Of a stretch of DNA of 64,000 nucleotides, positions 58,668 through 64,000 are shown one piece after another. The stretch lies in the NCBI GenBank assembly GCA_963718525.1, contig OY970355.1, positions 224,001 to 288,000 of the forward strand, in the 5' to 3' direction. Origin of the DNA: Candidatus Dormiibacterota bacterium (lineage in GTDB: Bacteria > Chloroflexota > Dormibacteria > Aeolococcales > Aeolococcaceae). Each line of letters begins with the position of its first letter. Position 1 is the first letter of the stretch. Under the pieces are notes generated by a model. It was not told the DNA's origin, ran no database searches, and saw only the letters and a list, made by a program, of their open reading frames with translations. A program made the position numbers and the translations under genes.

Positions 58668-59272
58668 ACCGGAGGCGCTGCGGCCGGCGGCGGCGCGGCA
58701 GATGTGCCAGGCGTGAAGGACACCGTCGGCGCCTGCCGTTCAGCGTCCGCCACCTGGAAGAACGCGAACGGCTGGAAGTGCATGATCTGGCCGTAGATGT
58801 TGGTGGGGAACGTCTGGAGCGCGGTGTTGAAATCACGCACGTTGCCGTTGTAGAAGCGCCGTGAGAACTCCACCTTGTCCTCGGTGTTGGTGAGCTGCTC
58901 CTGCAGGTTCAGGAACAGATCGGACGCCTTCAGCTGCGGGTAGTTCTCCGCGACGGCGAGCAGCTGCCGCGTGGACCCGGTCAAGGCGTCCTCGGCGCCG
59001 GCCATCGCCGACGGATCGCCTGACTTTGACGCGGCGATCGCATTGGTGCGCGCTGCGGTGACCGCCTCGAACACGCCTCGCTCGTGGGCCGCATACCCCT
59101 GCACGGTGTTGACCAGGTTGGGTATGAGGTCGTACCGGCGCTTCAGCTCGACGTCGATATCGGACCACGCCTCCTGGGTTCGCGTCCTCAGGCGGATCAG
59201 TCGGTTGAACCGGTAGGCAACGTACAGGGCGACGATGACGACGACGATCAGTACGATGACGAGGGCGGTCAT
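58664..59272 (-). CDS. LemA family protein
   Basis: N-terminal TM, LKRRYDLIPNLV, ENYPQLKA, RRFYN, FPTN. Confidence 0.95.
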   Translation of the reverse strand: MTALVIVLIVVVIVALYVAYRFNRLIRLRTRTQEAWSDIDVELKRRYDLIPNLVNTVQGYAAHERGVFEAVTAARTNAIAASKSGDPSAMAGAEDALTGSTRQLLAVAENYPQLKASDLFLNLQEQLTNTEDKVEFSRRFYNGNVRDFNTALQTFPTNIYGQIMHFQPFAFFQVADAERQAPTVSFTPGTSAAPPPAAAPPV

Positions 59273-59284
59273 GACCTCAGTGTC

Positions 59285-59791
59285 TCATTCCTCGCGCAAC
59301 ATCGCTTCGGGGACACTGACCACCCGGTACGGCATATCGGTGATGTCGTAGTACCGGATCGGCTTCTTCAGGCGCTTCGCGATGCCGACCTGGACCTTGA
59401 CGCCAAGCGACGGGTTGCCGAACACCCACATCTGATCGCAGCGCACGATCAGGTTGTTGAAGGCCTCGCGCACGACATCCTTGGGCACCGTATGCACGAG
59501 GTAGTAGTCGAAGAGCATGAACGGGACGATCGGCACCTGTCCCTCGTCGAGCACGAACTTGGTGATGTGCTGGCGCCAGTAGAAATTCCGGTTGCTGAGC
59601 GCGCAGTAGATCAGCTGCTTGGGGCGGCGCAGCGCGCGCTCGGCCTGCTCCGCCGGACTGGCCTTCGGAGTCGGCGCGAAGATACGCTCGAGGATGTCCT
59701 CAGCGTTCTTGACGGCCGGTTCAGCGGGCGATGCGGCCTCGTCGCGAATCCGAGATGTGCTCTCACGACGCCGCATACCACGTGGGCGCAA
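59285..59791 (-). CDS. Hypothetical protein, nucleoside 2-deoxyribosyltransferase-like fold (start uncertain)
   Basis: LIYCA...PIVPF...RCDQMWVFG..SLGVKVQV..A....KPIRYY pattern. Confidence 0.55.
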   Translation of the reverse strand: MRPRGMRRRESTSRIRDEAASPAEPAVKNAEDILERIFAPTPKASPAEQAERALRRPKQLIYCALSNRNFYWRQHITKFVLDEGQVPIVPFMLFDYYLVHTVPKDVVREAFNNLIVRCDQMWVFGNPSLGVKVQVGIAKRLKKPIRYYDITDMPYRVVSVPEAMLREE

Positions 59792-59875
59792 CCTTTCTCC
59801 CCGTCACATCACTGCGTGCGAGAGCCGATGATAGCATCGGCAGGAGATCGCGAAAATCGTGCGAGCCCAATGAGC

Positions 59876-60532
59876 TCAGCCGTCCGGGTCAGCCCAGGCG
59901 ACCATCTGGCTCATGGTCACGAGCGCCCGATCGAGGAGCGCGATGCGCGCGGGATCATTGAGCCACCTGCTCTGACCCGATGGATGGGGCAGCGGCACAA
60001 GTACGGTCGACACCTCGGGCATGCCCGGGATCGGGAGCCCGTCACTGGTGAACGCGGCGCCGATCACGTCATCGAGGCGACGGCCCGGGAGAAAGCGTTG
60101 GAGTGCCAGCGAACCGATCGGAATGATCAGACGCGGTGCGAGCATCGAGATGACCCCGTCAAGCCATGGCGCGCACAGTGCGACCTCCGCCGCGCTCGGA
60201 CGCCTGTCGCCCGCTCCATCAGCACGCCGCCCAGGGAAGCACGTCGTCATGGCGGTCATGTAGATGCGATCACGCACGTCATCCTCGTCGCGAAAGCCGC
60301 CGCGAGTCAGCCAGCGCATCAGCTGGCGGCCTGCCCGTCCCGCGAACGGTCTGCTCTGGTCGTGTTCGACGGGCCCCGGTGCTTGCCCGACGAGCATGAT
60401 GTGCTGTCCTTGCCGGCCGCTGAACACCGGATGCGCACGAACGATGTATCCGGCATCCGCGCACCGCGTGCAGGCACGCTGCCTGCGCTGCAGCGATCTC
60501 AGTGAGCGACCGACGGCAGGTTCTCTGAACAC
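59876..60532 (-). CDS. Uracil-DNA glycosylase superfamily protein
   Basis: CTRC, VGQAPG, PFAGRAG, CFPG, DRRP, PLPHPSG. Confidence 0.88.
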   Translation of the reverse strand: MFREPAVGRSLRSLQRRQRACTRCADAGYIVRAHPVFSGRQGQHIMLVGQAPGPVEHDQSRPFAGRAGRQLMRWLTRGGFRDEDDVRDRIYMTAMTTCFPGRRADGAGDRRPSAAEVALCAPWLDGVISMLAPRLIIPIGSLALQRFLPGRRLDDVIGAAFTSDGLPIPGMPEVSTVLVPLPHPSGQSRWLNDPARIALLDRALVTMSQMVAWADPDG

Positions 60533-60659
60533 GACGACCCGACTTTGACTCGCCGAGGTGGCGGCGGCGAACCCCAGGCGATATCATCTCTTCACCGCTT
60601 GTCCTTCCCACGTCACAGTTGAGCGGCCGTCGTGGTCAGCCGTCGTACTTCGAGGCTCC

Positions 60660-61034
60660 ATGTCCGACGAGTCTTCTCGCTCCGCCCGGCCTTACGGCCA
60701 GCGACGTAACGACGGCGCCCCTACGTGGTGGGCGGCGCTCGAGCGAGCAGACCTCCCCGACAGCGAGCTCGTCCCGGCCGCGCATCGGCGCTGGTACGAG
60801 GACGCCCATCCCGTAGCTCCGATGGTGGAGATCGCGGGCCGCGCTGGGCGAACACCGAAGCGTCGAGGCTTGCTGATAGGCCTGCTCATTGCGCTGGCCA
60901 TCGCCGTGGTGCTGGCCAGCGCATGGGCCGTTGACATCTCGGACCTGGACGTCTTCTTCGTGACCCTCCTGATCGCGATCCCGGTTGGACTGGCCGCAAC
61001 CGTCACGATCATCATGGCCCGACGGAGCGGCTGA
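60660..61034 (+). CDS. Hypothetical 2-TM membrane protein
   Basis: GAGG before ATG; two C-terminal hydrophobic helices. Confidence 0.65.
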   Translation: MSDESSRSARPYGQRRNDGAPTWWAALERADLPDSELVPAAHRRWYEDAHPVAPMVEIAGRAGRTPKRRGLLIGLLIALAIAVVLASAWAVDISDLDVFFVTLLIAIPVGLAATVTIIMARRSG

Positions 61035-61062
61035 CCGCGCCCTCGGCACTGTCGGGAGTGGC

Positions 61063-61965
61063 GTGAGCGGAGACAGGCCAAAGCGCGGGAATCGTCCCGG
61101 GCGGCCGCGCCGACCGCATCTCGACCCGATACCGGGGCTCGCGCTGCCCGCCGAGGACGACGAAACGGCAGCAGCGCCGTCACTCCGGGCCCGATTCGAG
61201 GCGGCGATGGCACCCGGCCCCCTGGACGGCGTCGCCGCCAGGGACGCCGAGGTGGCCCGCGCGCTCGTCGAGGCACCCATCGAACGCATCGCCGAGGTCG
61301 TCTACGGCAGCAACGCGGTCTTCCTCATCGAGCTCGGCGCGCCGGACCCCGCGATCCCGACTGAGCCACTGCGTGCCGTGTACAAACCGGCTCGCGGTGA
61401 GCGGCCGCTGTGGGACTTCCCGCGCCGCACGCTGTATCTGCGCGAGGTCGCCGCGTACATCGTCGATGCCGCCCTCGGCCTGCACCGCGTCCCCGTGACC
61501 GTGCTTCGCGACGGACCGATCGGGCCTGGGTCGGTGCAGCGCTTCGTGCATGTCCTCGAGGAGCCGCTGACGCAGGAGCGGGCCGAGAAACTCGACTCCC
61601 AGCTCCGCGCCGTTGCGGTCCTCGACGTGCTCATCAACAACGCCGACCGCAAGCGGACCCACCTGCTCGTCGTCAACGGTCCGAGCGTCAAGGCCATCGA
61701 CAACGCCCTGAGCTTCCTCCCCTATCCACGCCAGCGCACCGCGCTCCTCTCACTCGGGGGCTCGCAGCTCAACCCGAGGCTCGCCAAGCGGGTGCAGGAT
61801 CTCGCCAACGACGAGATCCGCATGTCCGCGCTGCGAACCAGGCTGCGCCGCCTGCTCAGCGAGGCGGAGGTGGACGCGTTCGGCCATCGCGTGGCCGAGC
61901 TTGCCAAGGATCCGACCTATCCCGTCCTCGACGCCTGGGATGGCCGCCCCTTCGAGTGGTGGTGA
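61063..61965 (+). CDS. SCO1664-like PI3/PI4-kinase-fold protein
   Basis: GSN, AVYKPARGERPLWDFP, REVAAY, GPGSVQ, NNADRK, IDN. Confidence 0.82.
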   Translation: MSGDRPKRGNRPGRPRRPHLDPIPGLALPAEDDETAAAPSLRARFEAAMAPGPLDGVAARDAEVARALVEAPIERIAEVVYGSNAVFLIELGAPDPAIPTEPLRAVYKPARGERPLWDFPRRTLYLREVAAYIVDAALGLHRVPVTVLRDGPIGPGSVQRFVHVLEEPLTQERAEKLDSQLRAVAVLDVLINNADRKRTHLLVVNGPSVKAIDNALSFLPYPRQRTALLSLGGSQLNPRLAKRVQDLANDEIRMSALRTRLRRLLSEAEVDAFGHRVAELAKDPTYPVLDAWDGRPFEWW

Positions 61966-62020
61966 GGCGACCCGCCGAAACCGGCGGGCCGCCTTGAGGG
62001 GGGAGGAAGGAAGGGAGCGG

Positions 62021-62305
62021 TCAGCCCGTGGTGCTGGACGAGCCCATGTTCGGGCACATGGTCGTCGAGGGCGTCTTGGTCGCCGGCGCCGTCGTTGACG
62101 GACTCGCGGTGGTGGCCGTCAGGGTCGCACCGCTTGACGCCGTGGTGGATGAGGCTGCGTGCGCAATCACGAAGCTGCCGACTCCCGTTCCGGCGAGCAA
62201 ACCGACCGAGAGCAGCGCTGTCGCCGCGATCTTGCGCATTCCCGTCCTGCGCTGTGCCGGCTCTTCCGGTGGCGGGGGCGGTGGGATGAACTGGTCGCCG
62301 TCCAT
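62021..62305 (-). CDS. Small secreted or membrane Ser/Thr-rich protein
   Basis: AAGGAGG RBS; hydrophobic segment ending AHA; S/T-rich tail with CPNM. Confidence 0.7.
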   Translation of the reverse strand: MDGDQFIPPPPPPEEPAQRRTGMRKIAATALLSVGLLAGTGVGSFVIAHAASSTTASSGATLTATTASPSTTAPATKTPSTTMCPNMGSSSTTG

Positions 62306-62431
62306 GGTGTGTGTACCTCCTTGTTGGACTGACGTTGACGTCGATCAGCGTCGCGCCCGGCGATCGGAACGGCGTGGGGGTGTTCTGGGAGATTGCTCAG
62401 AGTTGTGGATGCCCGTGCGTCTGGCTGCCTT

Positions 62432-63382
62432 CTAGTCGCGCGCTTTGCGGGCCCGGCGTTTCCCCTCATGCATCGCTTGGACGCGCCCTATGGGGATGGC
62501 TCGGCCCTCTTCGATCAATGCCGCGCTGAGCGGCTGCGGCGCCGGCATTCGAGTCGCCCAGGGATCGCTGCTGCCGAGGCGCTGCGCCGCCGTGTGCACC
62601 GTGAAATCCGACGGCGAGACATGATCGAGCTCATCCCAGTCGAGAGGAAACGACACCGGCACGCCCGGTCGGATCCGCGGGCTGTACGCAGCCACAACCG
62701 TGGCGCCCCCCACCCGCGTCGCATCGACGAAGACCTTGCCGCCGCGTTCCTCTTTCATGAACGCGCTGGTCACGTTGTTCGGATCCAGCTCTTCGGCTCG
62801 AGCGGCGATTGCCCTCGTGGCCGCCGCGGCAGCCTCCATTGTCACGTCGCTCTCGATGGGCACGAACAGGTGCAGACCCTTTGCCCCACTCGTTTTGAGC
62901 GCAGCGGTCAGGCAGAGATCGAGCAGCACCTGTCGCACCGCGCGCGCCGCTCGCACAGCGTTGGGGAATGCGGATGCGCTGGGAGGATCGATGTCGAGCA
63001 CGAGGTGGGTCATGCGCTCCGGCAGGTCGATGCGCACGAGCGCCGGGTGATACTCGATCGATCGTTGATTCGCGAACCAGAGCAGCGTCCGGCGATCATT
63101 GCAGAGCGCATACGTCACGTCACGCTTCGACAACTCCGCCCAGAGCGTCACGCGGGGGATCCAGGGCGGCGCGTACGAGGGCAGGTTCTTCTGCATGAAG
63201 GCTTCATGGCCGCGGTGAGCGCGGATCACTGACAGGGGACGGTCCCGCAGGACGGGGACGATCCGATCGCCCACCATGTCCAGGTACTCGATGAGATCTC
63301 GTTTGGTTGCGCCGGCTGCGTCGAACAAGGGCTCATCAAGATTGGTGAGGGTCAGCCCCAGGGACTCAGCGTGTCCGGTCAT
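62432..63382 (-). CDS. Stand-alone LigD polymerase domain (AEP primase-polymerase)
   Basis: LTNLD, TKRDL, FMQKN, LDIDP, KTSGAKGLH, VAAYSPR, PVSFPL.WDEL. Confidence 0.9.
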   Translation of the reverse strand: MTGHAESLGLTLTNLDEPLFDAAGATKRDLIEYLDMVGDRIVPVLRDRPLSVIRAHRGHEAFMQKNLPSYAPPWIPRVTLWAELSKRDVTYALCNDRRTLLWFANQRSIEYHPALVRIDLPERMTHLVLDIDPPSASAFPNAVRAARAVRQVLLDLCLTAALKTSGAKGLHLFVPIESDVTMEAAAAATRAIAARAEELDPNNVTSAFMKEERGGKVFVDATRVGGATVVAAYSPRIRPGVPVSFPLDWDELDHVSPSDFTVHTAAQRLGSSDPWATRMPAPQPLSAALIEEGRAIPIGRVQAMHEGKRRARKARD

Positions 63383-63448
63383 GAACGGGGATAATGAGCC
63401 GTTGGACCGGAGGCGGTCATCACCCGCAAAGAGCTCTGACGTGGAGTG

Positions 63449-63524
<76 letters not shown>

Positions 63525-63564
63525 CCGTCGCGGCTCGCCGGGACAACCGTGGCCAGTATAAGGC

Positions 63565-63873
63565 TCAGTCCGAATCGTCCTCGGAGGTGAACATGAGGCT
63601 GTCCTGCACCTCGTAGAGGGCGTCCATCCATTCCGAGATCATCAGCTCATGGGGCGCACGGCCCACCAGGTGAGAGTCGTTGCTTACCAGTGCCACGGCT
63701 CTCCCAACCAGCTCGTACGGGACCTCGACCTCATCGGCGAGGTTGAGCTTCTCGAACTGGTCGATGAGCTCGTCGATATAGCGGATCTTCTGGCGCCGCG
63801 CATTGCGCGCTTCGCGCAGCGAAGTCCAGCGAGCTTCCAACTCGCCGATCTCCACGCAGGTCTCCTGGATCAT
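63565..63873 (-). CDS. Hypothetical acidic helical protein
   Basis: GAGGGTGG upstream of ATG; GC-rich codon pattern; no recognisable motif. Confidence 0.65.
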   Translation of the reverse strand: MIQETCVEIGELEARWTSLREARNARRQKIRYIDELIDQFEKLNLADEVEVPYELVGRAVALVSNDSHLVGRAPHELMISEWMDALYEVQDSLMFTSEDDSD

Positions 63874-64000
63874 CGAGACACCACCCTCACACCACTCACT
63901 ACCCCTGTATTACGTTCCATCGTATGTCGCAGCCTCGAGCGGGTCAAGAAGCGCGTTTTCCAGCCCTGCGCCTGATGCGCGTGGCCCGGACCCGCAGCAC

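Overview
High-GC (roughly 68% by eye) bacterial chromosomal window that is mostly core genome. I saw no prophage, transposase, integrase or CRISPR array. Gene content loosely suggests a soil Chloroflexota/Dormibacterota/Actinomycetota-like organism (inference only). In order: three tRNAs spread across the window (Ser-GCT, Ser-TGA, Arg-CCG); an accessory stretch of secreted, membrane and Zn-finger hypotheticals (0.9-10.9 kb); pstSCAB-pstB-phoU with thiOSGE wedged between it and a divergent PhoP/PhoR-like pair; a complete hopanoid cluster (polyprenyl synthase, fni, hpnCDE, shc, hpnH, hpnA, hpnG); serS, lysS, greA, dusB, coaX; an argCJBDRGH operon with an ARG box; GH15; a TPR protein; parA plus partner; DUF503 and a HelY-like helicase; thrC; htpX/lemA; UDG; a SCO1664-like kinase; and a stand-alone LigD polymerase domain. 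The most interesting signals are non-coding or translational: (1) a leader-peptide attenuator with a Thr-Met-Ile-Met core before thrC; (2) a promoter-to-terminator small RNA candidate with a C7 seed between greA and dusB, plus an AGGGGG-repeat element 4.7 kb away that could pair with it; (3) a 31-bp perfect inverted repeat enclosing two hairpins upstream of DUF503 and the helicase, which appears to lack a canonical start codon; (4) a duplicated CCPTCWKW Zn-ribbon present as a free peptide and as a membrane-fused copy; (5) pervasive leaderless gene starts. All product calls come from motif recognition, not database searches.
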